Positions 12,860 to 25,750 are shown, counted from the first letter of the stretch. The stretch is DNA of 64,000 bases from Squalus acanthias (GCA_030390025.1 JASTWF010000034.1:2852001-2916000), one strand, 5' to 3'. Notes: generated by a model not told the origin, from the letters alone. A program made the numbers and translations.

Positions 12860-13230
12860 CGATTAAAATCAGGGATGCTCAAGAGGCCAGAATTGGAGGG
12901 GTGCAGATATCTCGGAGGGTTGTAGGGCTGGAGGAGGTTACAGAGATAGGTAGGGAGAGCGCGTGGAGGGATTTGAAAACAAAGATGAGAATTTTCAAAT
13001 TGAAGCGTTGCTGGACCGGGAGCCAGTGTTGGTCAGCAAGCACAGGAGTGTTGGGTGACCGGGACTTGGTGCGAGTTAGGATATGGCAGCAGAGTTTTGG
13101 TTAAGCTTAAGTTTATGGAGGGTGAAAGATCTGGGGCCGGTTAGGTGTGCATTGGAATAGTCAAGTCCAGAGATAACAAAGGCATATTTGAGGGTATCAG
13201 CAGCAGATGAGCTGAGGTAGGGACGGACAT
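12860..13230 (-). mobile_element. L2-clade LINE 3' ORF2 fragment
   Basis: Minus strand reads TPVLADQHWLPVQQRFNLKILIFVFKSLH, the L2-type HWLP motif. Confidence 0.75.
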
Positions 13231-13612
13231 GGAGATACAAAGTAAATCTCACTCTGCACTGTCACATCAAACACTCACAGGCAGGTACAGGTTAGATAAA
13301 GAGTAAAGCTCCTTCTACACAGTCATATTAAACACTCCAAGGGCAGGTACAGCACACGATAGATACAGAGTAAATTTCGCTCTTCATTGTCCCCATTAAA
13401 TACTCCAAGTGCAGGTACAGCATGGGTTAATTACAGTTAAAAGCTACTTCTACACTGCCTCACCAAACATTTACACGGCAGGTGCAGCACCTGTTAGGTA
13501 ACGGGTAAATCTCCCTCTGCACTGTGCCATCAATTTCTCCCAAGGCAAGTACAGCAGGAGTAAAGCTCCCACTACCCAATCCCACCAAACACAGCCAGGG
13601 CAGGTACAGCAT
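13230..13612 (+). repeat. Degenerate 67-bp satellite units (more at ~13885-14020)
   Basis: Repeated CAAACACTC..GGCAGGTACAGCA..GTTAGATAC..GTAAAGCTC. Confidence 0.75.
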
Positions 13613-13774
13613 AGACCTTCCCTTTTGTTCTTTCCTCCCATACCCTCTTTTCCCTGCCTCTGTACTTGTTTAAAATCTGTTACATCAGTAACATTTTCCA
13701 TTTCTGATGAAAGGTCATCGACCTGAAACATTGACTCAGTTTCTCTCTCCACAGATGCTGCCTGACCTGCTGAG
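13612..13774 (+). mobile_element. Penelope-like element 3'/pLTR fragment with a decayed hammerhead motif
   Basis: CTGATGA-A-AGGTC-ATC-GACCT-GAAA-CA-TT at 13704-13732; homologous to 39241-39372. Confidence 0.7.
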
Positions 13775-15355
13775 CAATGTTCCCTGGAAGGTTCTTGGCC
13801 GCGCAGCGATCTGTAAGATCCTGCGCAATTAAATTCATAGTTCGCACAGTGAGCTGGAGCTGGTGGAGGGGCCCAATACCCAAACACCCGGGATGCAAAG
13901 TAAAGCTCCGTCTGCACTGCCACATCAAATATTCCCCGGGCAATAATAGTACGGGTTATATAAAGATTAAAGTTCTCTGCACTGTCCCAATCAAATGCTC
14001 CCAGGGCAAGTACAGCACTGATCCCAACTCATCGCCAGGGCTGGGGAGAGATAACCTCGCCGCCTTCTTAGCAAGTTTAACCATGTTACTCACTTTCTGA
14101 TTTGAACTCCGTTTGGAATTAAACTTTATTTTACTTTTTTTGTTGTATGTTTAACGACAGCATTGAAGGGGGAAATAGAAACTTGGAGCAACTTCTTCTG
14201 TCAAAGCTGCAATGAGACTTGAAAGAATTTAAAGATTTTTAATGAACTTTTCACAATAAATGAGTGTTAAAAACATTTTTCCCCCCTAAGTTTTGAATAT
14301 CATTTTTGGAAGAAACAGAAGCAAAAATCAATTTCCTCCTCATCTAAACAAGTTTCAACCAGGTCTTGAAGTCCAAACGTTTTTAAAGAGGTTCTGAAAT
14401 GCTTAAAATGTTTTAAAATTGAAATTACTCAATTTTTGATTGTGAGCGATCAAGTGAAGTGAGTAGCTTTACACAAACATGCAACCATGGTGTTGAGGAG
14501 GGGGAGGGCAGGGGAGGATTTGTAGGAGTTAAATACTAATTTTAAATGAATTTTAAAAAAATATACCATTAAGACATATAGGAAGAGAACGAAAAAATGG
14601 AAAAACACAAAACCTTTTATTTTGCCTGTCGTTCTGTAGTCCTAACAAGTCACAGGAATAATGTAAATGTAGATTTCCTCTTAAACATTTAGGGAAGTGT
14701 TAACAGAAACAAGAGATATATAATGATGTAAAAAAATTGCAGGAAACTATTTTATTTGTTTATTGAGAAAGACACAGAAAATACTTTGATTAAACTGATA
14801 ACGTACAATTCGATTGAATGTTTGATATAGGAGATGAAAAATTGTGAGTTCAATGAAGTTTGTTCCCCGCTTTTAATTGTGAAGTACCTAAAATAATTCA
14901 ACATTTTTCTTGATAAGAGCAGGGAATAATATTGTGGAGAATGTTTGAGAGAAAAACACTAGGAGCGAAATTGGTAAATTATAAATCTTCACATCAACAT
15001 ATGAGTAAACATTTCCTAGTCAGTCTGACTGGTTCTTCTGTCCAGAAAGAAAGGCAGATGTTTATTTCTGTTAAATCACAGTTTTTCCTGCTTTTTGTTT
15101 ATAATTCAGTGACACAAATTGTGTATGTGTTTTTCTGCAATTGTGAATAAGTGCTGCATTTCTCACCTATTACATGGGTGGTGTGCTGGTTCAAGAAGAC
15201 CACGTTTATTCATGGAAGTTATTGAAGTTGAAAATACGGATACCCATTTTGTTCAGTTCTTTTTAATATTGTGAATTAAAGAACTACAGCACTTTATATT
15301 TGTTGATTGTCTGGTTGCATTGTGATTAATATTCTAATAACTTACGTGGACGTAA

Positions 15356-16607
15356 TATGTGGATGGAATATAATGCTGAGAAATGTGAAGTTATCCACTT
15401 TGCATTTCTATTTTTCCTACCAGAGTATTTTTTAAATGGTGAGAGATTGGGAAATGTTGGTATTCAGAGGGACCTGGGTGTCCTTGTACACGAATCACTG
15501 AACTTTAACCTGCAAGTACAGCAAGCAATTAGGAAAGCAAAAGGTATGTTGGCCGTCATTACAAGAGGATTTGAGTATAAAAGTAAAGACATCTTATTGC
15601 AATTATACAGGGCCCTGGTGAGATACACACCTGGAGTACTGTGTACAGTGTTGGTCTCCTTACCTAAGGAAGGGTATACTTGTGCAAGGAAGGTTCACCA
15701 GGCTGGTTCCTGGGATGGGGGGATTGTCCTATGTGGAGAGATTGAGTAGACGAAGCCTACATTCTCTAGAGTTTAGAAGAATGAGGTGTGATCTAATTGA
15801 AACATACAAAATGCTTACTATGCTTGACTGGTTAGATGCAGGGAGGATGACATATGGGCAACACGGTGGCTTAGTGGTTAGCACTGGTGCCTCACAGCGC
15901 CAGGGATCTGGGTTCGAATCTGACCTCGGGTGACTGTATGTGTGGAGTTTGCACATTCTCCCTGTGTCTGCGTGGGTTTCCTCTGGGTACTCCGGTTTCC
16001 TCCCACAGTCCAAAAATGTGCGGGTTAGGTTGATTTGGCTATGATAAATTGACCCTTAGTGTTAGGGGGGGATTAAATATGTGGGGTTATGGGGATAGGA
16101 TGGGATATGTTAGGGGGAATTAAATACGTGGGGTTACGGGGGTAGGGTGGGATATGTGTACTGTGGGGATTAAAGCAGGGACAGGGTACTGGATTTGAAT
16201 GATCAGCCATGATCGCATTGAATGGTGGAGCAGGCTCGACGGGCCGAATGGCCTACTCCTGCTCCTAGATTCTATGTTTGTATGTTTCCCCTGGCCTGGG
16301 AGTCCAGAACCAGGGGTCACAGTTTCAGAATAAGTGGTCGGCCATTTAGGACTGAGAAGAGGAGAAATTTCTTCATCCAGAGGGTGGCGAATCCTTGGAA
16401 TTCTATAGCCCAGAGAGCTTTGGAGACTCAATCATTGAGTATATTCAAGACACAGAGCGATAGATTTTTGAATATTGAGGGAATCAAGGGATATGGGGAT
16501 AGTGCAGGAAAGTGGAGATGAGGTAGAAGAACAGCCATGATCATATTGAATGGCGGAGCAGGCTCGAAGGGCCAAATGGCCTACTCCTGCTCCTATTTCT
16601 TATGTTC
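15356..16607 (+). mobile_element. CR1 3' fragment interrupted by a SINE
   Basis: MEYNAEKCEVIHF, RDLGVLV, LEFRRMR motifs; tail CCTATTTCTTATGTTCTTA. Confidence 0.85.
15855..16280 (+). mobile_element. tRNA-derived V-SINE (HE1-like) with a CR1-derived tail
   Basis: A box TGGCTTAGTGG, B box GGTTCGAATC, V-domain GGGTTTCCTCTGGGTACTCCGGTTTCCTCCCACAGTCCAAA. Confidence 0.85.
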
Positions 16608-16654
16608 TTAAAGCTCCCTCAATACTGTCCGAACAAACAATTCCAGGCAGGCGC

Positions 16655-16790
16655 ACAAAAGCAAAATACTGCGGATGCTGGAAATCTGAAGTAAAAACAG
16701 AAAATGCTGGGAATAATCAGCAGGTCAGGCAGCATCTGTGGAGAGAGAAATAGAGTTAACGTTTCAGGTCTTAGACCTTTCATTGGAACA
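16655..16790 (-). mobile_element. Penelope-like pLTR fragment, hammerhead core mutated
   Basis: Minus strand GTT-CCAATGA-AAGGTC-TAA-GACCT-GAAA-CGTT-AAC; same family as 39241-39372. Confidence 0.65.
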
Positions 16791-18006
16791 GGCAGGTACC
16801 CATGGACTAGTTACAGAGCAATGCTCCATTCACATCACTTTAGCACACTGATATACCCCACACCATTCCCTTTAACACTCTGATATACCCCACAACCCTC
16901 ACTGTAACACTCTGGTCACCTCACTACACTCTGATATACCCACACCGCTCACTGCAACACTCAGATACACCCCACTCTCTTTCATACCCCACACCTCTCA
17001 CTGTAACACAATGATATACCCCACACCCCTCACTGTAGCACTCTGAGATACTGAAGAACCCTCACTGTAACACTCTGATGATACACCCCACATCCCTCAC
17101 TGTGACACTCTGGTATACCCCACACACCTCACTGTAACACTGTTATACCCCACAACAATCACTATAATAATCTGATATACCCCACAACCCCTCACTGTAA
17201 CACTCTGATACAAACCACACCCCTCACTATAACTCTGATATTGCCCACACTCCTCACTGTAACACTCTATGACATACCCCAAACATCTCACGGTAACACA
17301 CCGTTATTACCACGACCCTCACTGTAACATTCGCTGATATACTCCATTTTCCTCGCTGTAATACTCTGATATACCCGACACCCCTCAATGTAACACACTG
17401 ATATAACCCCACACCCCTGACTGTAACACTCTGATATACACCACACCCCTCACTGTAGCACTCTGATGAACACCCACTCTCCTGACTGCAACACTCTGAT
17501 ATATCCCACACATGCTTTGTGTAACAAACCGATATACCCCACACCCCTTTATGCTTACACACTGATATACGCCGCTCCCCTCAATTTAACAGTCTGATAT
17601 ACCTCACACACCTCACTGTAGCACTGATAAACCCCTTAATTTAATCATCTCTTACATATTTCAAACCTCTCACTGTAACAGACCGATATACCCCACTCAC
17701 CCCACTTTAACACTCTGATATACCGCATACCCCTCGCTGTAACACTTTGATATACCCCACGCCCCTCACTCTAATCTCTGTTATACCCCAAACCCCTCGC
17801 TGTAAAACTGTGATTTATCAGACACCTCTCACTGTAATACTGATATACACAACAACCCTTCACTGCAAAACACTGATATACCCCACACGACTCACTTTAA
17901 CTATCTGAATAACCCCACACCCCTCACTGTAACACTGTCATATACCCCACATGTCTCACTGTAACTCTCTGATTTAACACATACACTTCACTACAACACG
18001 TTGATC

Positions 18007-19133
18007 TGAAGGGATAATTACTAGTCCTAGTCCCTTTAAGGCTAGCCCGGATCAAGCATATTCTTCAGACGTTCACTTTCAACCAAACTTTGAGGTAGAC
18101 GAATCCTAAAGATGCTTAATTGGGTCTAAAGGTCCGGACTATCTCTCCCTAAAGGAAAGGAACAACCTGAAAATGTTACCGTCCTCCAGATAGCACTTTT
18201 AATAAGTTTAGACAGACGGTAACGTTCCGGATATTATGAGGGTCTGGACAACTCCCCAGAATTCTGCAACTCCTCACCAAAGAGTGTACAGAGATTGAGT
18301 TTGCGAGTTTGATACAGAAGTCTTATTTGAGACAATTCTAAAAATATATAGATTTATTAAAGAACCGACATGTAATTTACAGTTGGTGTGTCAATCGCAA
18401 CATTAACAGTTCCAAAAAGAGAAAGCTTACAATTCTATTATTAGAGAACCTTACTTTCAAATCTTAACTTCGCTACAGTTTTACAGTTCTTAATTTTCTA
18501 CAGGATATCCACCAAAATCAAATAACTTTGATACCCGAGGTACATAGAGTTGGAGACATACAGAGCCACCTCTGAAGCCAAGAATCACCTTGCCCCTTAA
18601 AGCGAGTCTACTATCCCATTTGACAGTTCAATATTTATACCCTTTTCCAGTGGTATTTTCTTTAAGGTTTTCTGCCGATGTAAGCTAATTATCTCTGGTG
18701 ATTTTTCTGCTGACCCCTGCAATTCTTACAGTCACCACAGCTGGCAGCATTACAGAATTATGTCTCTTCCCTAGGTGTTCTTAATTTACCATAAAAAACG
18801 GCGTAACGGCAGGTGCGTTTTACTTGATGTCATTTTTACGAAGGCAGATGTTTGTGCTTCTTTACAAAATCTAAATTAGAACACCTTAACCTGGGTGAAC
18901 CATTGTCTTGTTCCGAAAGGTCAGACTACCGGAGCCTTTAACCTTCTGTTTCAATAAGGTTATTGATTCAGTGTCAACAACTATCTTATCTCTACAGCCA
19001 GAATGCTTTCACAGCATTTTCATAGTTAGGTTTCTAGATTTCCAGATCCAGTTTGTCATGTTTTAATAAGGCCAGAATTCTTTCATAGAATGGTGTATTT
19101 TTCTGAATAGGTTATATGGCTTATTCTTTCACA
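18007..19133 (-). mobile_element. Probable solo LTR (ERV-like, ~1.13 kb)
   Basis: Discrete insertion in the minisatellite with TG...CA termini and imperfect 4-bp TSD GATC/GATA; minus-strand TATAAA (18639-18634) then AATAAA (18358-18353); no ORF. Confidence 0.65.
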
Positions 19134-19207
19134 GATAAACCACACACCTCTCACTGCAACACACTGATATACCCCACACTCCTGATTGTAACACTCTCTT
19201 ACATACC

Positions 19208-20035
19208 CCAAGGAAGGCAAATGGTATGCTGGCCTTCATTACAAGAGGATTAGAGTACAGGTGTGAAGAAGTCTACCTCCCTTTGTATAGTGCCTTGATG
19301 AGACCACACCTGGAGTACTGTGTGCAATTGTTGTCTCCTTACCTAAGGAAGGATATACTTGCCATAGAGGGAGTGCAACGAAAGTTCACGAGATTGATTC
19401 CTGGGAAGGCGGGACTGTCGTATGAGAAGAGATTGAGTAAACTAGTCCTGTATTCTCTTGAATTCAGAAGAATGAGTGGGGATCTTATTGAAGCATAAAA
19501 CATTATTACAGGGCTTGATAGGTTGGATGCTGGGAGAATGTTTCCCTTGGCTGGGGAGTCTAGAACCAGGGGCCACAGCCTCATGATAAAGGGTAGGCCA
19601 TTCAGGACTGAGATGAGAAGCATAGAAGATAGGAGATGGAGTAGGCCATTCGGCCCCTCGAGTCTGCTCCGCCATTCAATACGATCATGGCTGATCATCC
19701 AAATTCAGTATCCTGTCATTGCTTTATCCCCATATCCCTTGATCCCCTTCGCCTTAAGAAATATATCTAACTCTAATACAGACATTTCTTCAAACAGAGG
19801 GTGGTGAATCTTTGGAATTCTCTACCCTATAAGGCTGTGGATGCTCAGTCATTGAATATATTCGAAACAGAAGTCGATAGATTTCTGACTAGTAATGGCA
19901 TGAAGGGATATCGAGATAAGGCAGGTGAAAGGATTGAGGCAGAAAATCAGCCATGATCTCATTGAATGGCAGAGCAGGCTCAAGGGTCTGAATGATCTAC
20001 TCCTGCTCCTATTTCTTACGTTCTTATGTTCTTAA
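19208..20035 (+). mobile_element. CR1 3' fragment with a nested antisense CR1 3' end (~19619-19775)
   Basis: KANGMLAFI, RPHLEYCVQ, LEFRRM motifs; (TTCTTATG) tail at ~20010-20035. Confidence 0.85.
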
Positions 20036-20839
20036 ACCTCTCACTGTAACACACCGTTTTACTCCACGCCCGTCACTGTAACACTGTCTGATATATTCCA
20101 AACCCCGCGCTGTAACACTCTGATATACCCGACACCCCTCAATGTAAAACACTCATATAAACCTACACCCCTGATTGTAAAACTCTGTTATACACCACAC
20201 TTCTCACTGTAAAACTCTGATATTCCCAACACCGCTCATTGTATTACTCGGATGTACCCCACACCCCTCACTGTAACACTGATATACCCCCACACCCCTC
20301 ACTGTAACACTGCGATATCCACCACACCCCTCACTGTAACTCTCTGATATACCCCACACCGTTCACGGTAAAACTATGATATACCCCACACACCTCACTA
20401 CAACACTTTGATAAACCCCACACCCCTCACTGTAACACTCGGATATACCCCACACTACTCACTGTAACACTCTGATGTACCGAACATACCTCACTACAAC
20501 ACGCTGATAAACCCCACACCACCCATTGTAACACTCTGATACATCCCTTAATGTAACTCTCTCTTACATGCTGATACACCCACCACTCACTGTTGTCACT
20601 GCCACTTTAATCCCATGGGCTTCAATTTTGGTAATATGTGATCCATTATCAAGAACCTTTTGTAATGATTGGGAAATTGGTACAGTGTGAGCAGTATCAA
20701 TCATACAACGATAGAATTGGAGATCCAAGTGGTGTTGACAATTTGTTTAGCGTACTGTAAGCCCCGCTCTGATCACAGGCCTCATCTGGTTTCAATCAAT
20801 GAATTATAAAAGCATTGATTTTAATCCTATTTTATTATT

Positions 20840-21400
20840 TCGATGTATTTGTTCTCAGGCTAGGGGTGACGCTGTCAAGATTGGTATCACTTGCCCATCC
20901 CTAGTTACCCATGAGAAAATGGTGGGCCTTCATCTTGAGCCGCTGCAGTCCGTGTGGTGAAGGTGCTCCCACAAGCTTTTGACCCAGTGACGATGAAGGA
21001 ACAACGATATATTTGAAGGTTACGGTAGCATAGTGGTTATGTTGCTGGACTAGTAAACCAGATGACTGGGCAAATAATCTAAAGACATGTGTTCAAATCC
21101 CAGAAGCTGGGGGAATTTAAATGCCATTAATTAAACAAATCTGGAATAAAAAGCTTGTGTAAATCTGGAATAAAAACCCACCTGGTTCACTAATGGCTTT
21201 TCGGGACGGCAATCTACCGTTCTTACCTGGTCTGGCTGAAATGTGATTCCAGACCCACTGCAATGTGGCTGATTATTAACTGACCTCTGAAATAGCTCAT
21301 CAAGACACTCACTTGTCTCAGGTGGCTCACCATCACCTGCTTAAGGGATGGCAATAAATGCTGGCTTTGTCAGCGGTGCCCACATCCCAAGAATTAGTTA
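20840..21400. mobile_element. Antisense LINE 3'-tail fragment (~20840-21010) followed by a tRNA-derived SINE (~21018-21395, +)
   Basis: A box GGTAGCATAGTGG, B box GTTCAAATCCC; tail GGCAATAAATGCTGGC..GCCCACATCCCA matches the LINE end at ~54570-54650. Confidence 0.65.
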
Positions 21401-21687
21401 TAATGATTCAAAAAGCATCATAATGTTTTATTAACGGTCATAATGATTTATAAAGTGTTATAAAAGATCTGTAAAGTTGTGTAATGATTTTAAAGTGTTG
21501 TAATGACTAATAAAGTCCTGGTGCCGGGCCATCTCCTCCCCGGACTGGGCTGTTCGAGGTTCTCTGGGCCGTGCCGGGCCAGGCTGCTCCGACTCGCCAC
21601 CCGCTCTCACAGTAACCGGGACTCCAACTGCTCCCGCCATCCGGACACTCGCCTGTCGCCGCCAGGGAAAGACCCCGACTGACTGCC

Positions 21688-24600
21688 ACAATCCTTGTGC
21701 GGTGCCTCAGAGCCGCCATTTTTGTGCGGGGCCCCAGAGCCGCCATTTTTTGCGGGGCCCCAGTGCCGCAATCCTTGTGCGGAGCCCCATTGCCACCATC
21801 TTTGAGCGGGGCTCCAGAGCCGCCATCTATGTGCAGGGCCCCAGTGCCACCATCTTTAAGCGGGGCCCCTGTGCCACCATCTTTGTGCGGGGCTCCAGAG
21901 CCGCCATCTTTGTGCGGAGCCCCAGTGGCACCATCTTTGTGCGGGGCCCCAGTGCCAACATTTTTGTGCGGGACCCCTCTGCCACCATCTTTGTGCGGGG
22001 CCCCAATGCCGCCATCTATTAGCGGGGCTCCAAATGCGCCATCTTTCTGTCGGGCGCTGGAGTCGCCATATTTGTGCATGGCCCCAGCGCCGCCATTTTT
22101 GCGGAGCCTCAGAGACGCCATTTTTGTGCTGGGCCCCAGAGCCGCCATCTTTGTGCTGGGCCCCGGAGCAGCCACCTTTGTGCTGTGACCCACAGCCGCC
22201 ATTTTGTGCTGATCGCCAGAGCCGCCATCTTTGTGCGGGGCCCCAGAGTCACCTGTTTCTGCGGTGCACCAGAGCCGCCATCTTTGTGCGGAGCCCCAGA
22301 GCCGCCATCTTTGTGCGGAGCACCGGAGCCGCCATCTTTGTGCTGGGCCCCGGAGCCGCCATTTTTGTGCGGTACTCCAGAGCTGCCATTTTTGTGCTGT
22401 GCCCCTGAGCCGCCAATTTTGTGCGGAGCCCCAGACCCGCTATCTTTGTGCGGAGCCCCAGAGCCGCCATCTTTGTGCGGAGCACCGGAGCCGCCATCTT
22501 TGTGCTGGGCCCCGGAGCCGCCATTTTTGTGCGGTACTCCAGAGCCGCCATTTTTGTGCGGGGCCCCAAAGTCGGCACATTTGTGCGGTGCCCCAGAGCT
22601 GCCATCGTTGTGCTGTGCCCCTGAGCCGCCAATTTTGTGCGGAGGCCCAGACCCGCCATCTTTGTGCGGAGACCAAGAGCCGCCATCTTTGTGCGGAGCA
22701 CCGGAGCCGCCATCTTTGTGCTGGGCCCCGGATCCGCCATCTTTTTGCGTGGCCCCAGAGCCGCCATCATTGTGCTGGGCCCCGGAGCCGCCATTTTTGT
22801 GCTGCGCCCCAGAGCCGCCATTTTGTGCTGTGCCCCAGAGCCGCCATCTTTGTGCGGTACTCCAGAGCCGCCATTTTTGTGCGGGGCCCCAAAGTCGGCA
22901 CATTTGTGCGGTGCCCCAGAGCTGCCATCGTTGTGCTGTGCCCCTGAGCCGCCAATTTTGTGCGAAGCCCCAGACCCGCCATCTTTGTGCGGAGCCCCAG
23001 AGCCGCCATCTTTGTGCGGAGCACCGGAGCCGCCATCTTTGTGCTGGGCCCCGGAGCCGCCATCTTTGTGCGTGGCCCCAGAGCCGCCATCATTGTGCTG
23101 TGCCCCGGAGCCGCCATTTTTGTGCTGCGCCCCAGAGCCGCCATTTTGTGCTGTGCCCCAGAGCCGCCATCTTTGTGCGGTACTCCAGAGCTGCCATCGT
23201 TGTGCTGTGCCCCTGAGCCGCCAATTTTGTGCGGAGCCCCAGACCCGCCATCTTTGTGCGGAGTCCCAGAGCCGCCATCTTCGAGCTAGGCCCCTGAGCT
23301 GCCAACTTTATGCGGTGCCCCAGAGCCGCCGTCTATGTGCGGGGCTCCAGAGCAGCCATTTTTGTGCTGGGCCCCAGAGCCGCCATCATTGTGCGGGGCC
23401 CCAGAGCCGCCATCCTTGTGCGGGGCACCAGAGCCGCCATCTTTGTGCTGGGCCGCGAAGCCGCCAATTTTGGGCGGGTACCAGAGCCGCCAGCTATGTG
23501 CGGGGCGCCGGAGCCGACAGCTTTTTGCGGGGCGCCAGAGCCGCCACTTTTTGGGTGGGAACCCAGAGCCGCCATTTTTGTGCGGGTCCCCGGAGCCGCC
23601 ATGTTTGTGCTGCAACCCAGAGCCGCAATTTTGTGCTGTGCTCCGGAGCCGCCATCTTTGTGCGGATCTCCAGAGCCGCCATCATTGTGCGGCGCCCCAA
23701 ACTCGCCACATTTGTGCGGTGCCCCAGAGCTGCCATCGTTGTGCGGGCCGCGGAGCCGCCACCTTTGTGCTGTGCCCCTGAGCCGCCATTTTTGTGCGGA
23801 GCCCCAGAGCCGCCATCTTCGTGCTAGGCCCCGGATCCGCCAACTGTATGCGGTGCCCCAGAGCCGCCGTCGATGTGCGGGGCTACAGAGCCGCCATTTT
23901 TGGCCGGGGCCCCAGAGCCGCCATCTATGTTTTGGGCCCCAGAGCCGCCATCTTTGTGCTGGGCCCCAGAGCCGTCATCTTTGTGCTGGGCTGCGGAGTT
24001 GCCAATTTTGGGCGGGACCCAGAGCCGCCATCTTTGTGCGGGGCGCCGGAGCCGACAGCTTTTTGCGCGGCACCAGACCCGCCATTTTTTGGGTGGGAAC
24101 CCAGAGCCGCCATTTTTGTGCGGTTCCCCGGAGACGCCATGTTTGTGCGGGGCCCCAGAGCCGCCATCTTTATGCGGGGCCCCGAAGCCGCCATCTTTGT
24201 CGGAGCCCCACAGCCGCCAGCTTCGTGCTGGGCCCCAGAGCAGCCATTTTTCTGCCGGACCCCCAGAGCCGCCATTTTTGTGCGGTTGTCCCGGAGTGGC
24301 CATCTTTGTGCGATGCCCCAGAGCTGCCATCTTTGTGCCTCGCCCTGGAGCCGCCATCTTTATGCGGAGCCCCAGAGCCGCCAACTTTGTCCAGGGCCCC
24401 AGAGCAGCCGTCTTTGTCCGCGGCCCCAGAGCCGCCATTTTTGTGCAAGGCTCCAGAGCTGCCATCTTTGTCCGGGGCTCAAGAGCCGCCATCTTTGGGC
24501 GGATATCCAGAGCCGCCATCTTTGTGCGGGGCCCCAAACTCGCCACATTTGTGCGGTACCACAGAGCTGCCATCGTTGTGCGGGCCGCGGAGCCGCCACC

Positions 24601-25696
24601 TTTGTGCTGTGCTCCTGAGCCGCCATTTTTGTGCGGAGCCCCAGAGCCGCCATCTTTGTGCGGGGCCCCAGAGCCGCCATCTTCGTGCTAGGCCCCGGAG
24701 CTGCCAACTTTATGCGGTGCCCCAGAGCCGCCGTCGATGTGCGGGGCTACAGAGCCGCCATTTTTGGCCGGGGCCCCAGAGCCGCCATCTATGTGCTGGG
24801 CACCAAAGTCGCCTTTTTGTGCTGGGCCCCAGAGCCGCCATCTTTGTGCTGGGCCCCAGAGCCGCCATCTTTGTGCTGGGCCGCGGAGTTGCCAATTTTG
24901 GGCGGGACCCAGAGCCGCCATCTTTGTGCGGGGCGCCGGAGCCGACAGCTTTTTGCGCGGCACCTGAGCCGCCATTTTTTGGGTGGGAACCCAGAGCCGC
25001 CATTTTTGTGCGGTTCCCCGGAGACGCCATCTTTGTGCGGGGCCCCAGAGCCGCCATCTTTATGCGGGGCCCCGAAGCCGCCATCTTTGTCGGAGCCCCA
25101 CAGCCGCCAGCTTCGTGCTGGGCCCCAGAGCAGCCATCTTTCTGCCGGAACCCCAGAGCCGCCATTTTTGTGCGGTGTCCCGGAGTGGCCATCTTTGTGC
25201 GAGGCCCCAGAGCTGCCATCTTTGTGCCTCGCCCTGGAGCCGCCATCTTTATGCGGAGCCCCAGAGCCGCCAACTTTGTCCAGGGCCCCAGAGCAGCCGT
25301 CTTTGTCCGGGGCCCCAGAGCCGCCATTTTTGTGCGAGGCTCCAGAGCTGCCATCTTTGTCCGGGGCTCCAGAGCCGCCATCTTTGGGCGGGACCCGAGA
25401 GCCGCCATTTTTGTGCGGAGCCCCAGAGCCGCCATCTTTGTGCTGGGACCCGGAGCCGCCATCTTTGGACGGGACCCCAGAGCCGCCATTTTTGAGCGGT
25501 GCCCCAGAGCCGCCATATTTGTGCTGGGATCCGGAGCCGCCATCTTTGGTCGGGACCCCAGAGCCGCCATCTTTGTGTGGTGCCCCAGAGCCGCCATATA
25601 TGTGCTGGACCGCGGAGCCGCCATCTTTGTGCTGGGCTCCAGAGCCGCCATATTTGTGCGGAGCCCCAGAGCCGCCATCTTTGTGCGGGGCGCCAC
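21688..25696. repeat. GC-rich 27-bp tandem array (GAGCCGCCATCTTTGTGCGGGGCCCCA), about 150 units
   Basis: 9-aa periodicity (APEPPSLCG / KMAALGPRT) across frames; unit visible directly. Confidence 0.97.
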
Positions 25697-25750
25697 AATA
25701 TCAGGCCCAGGGAATTCTCAACTCTCAGGTTGCAAAGTCTCCGCTTCTTC

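Larger units (their letters stand above)
16840..20590 (+). repeat. ~32-bp minisatellite (CTCACTGTAACACTCTGATATACCCCACACCC), interrupted at 18007-19133 and ~19208-20035
   Basis: Many degenerate tandem copies at 16840-18006, 19134-19207 and 20035-20590. Confidence 0.9.

Noticed and set aside
15855..15930. tRNA gene (likewise ~21018 and ~36235)
   Set aside because: A/B boxes run into SINE bodies; no full cloverleaf seen.
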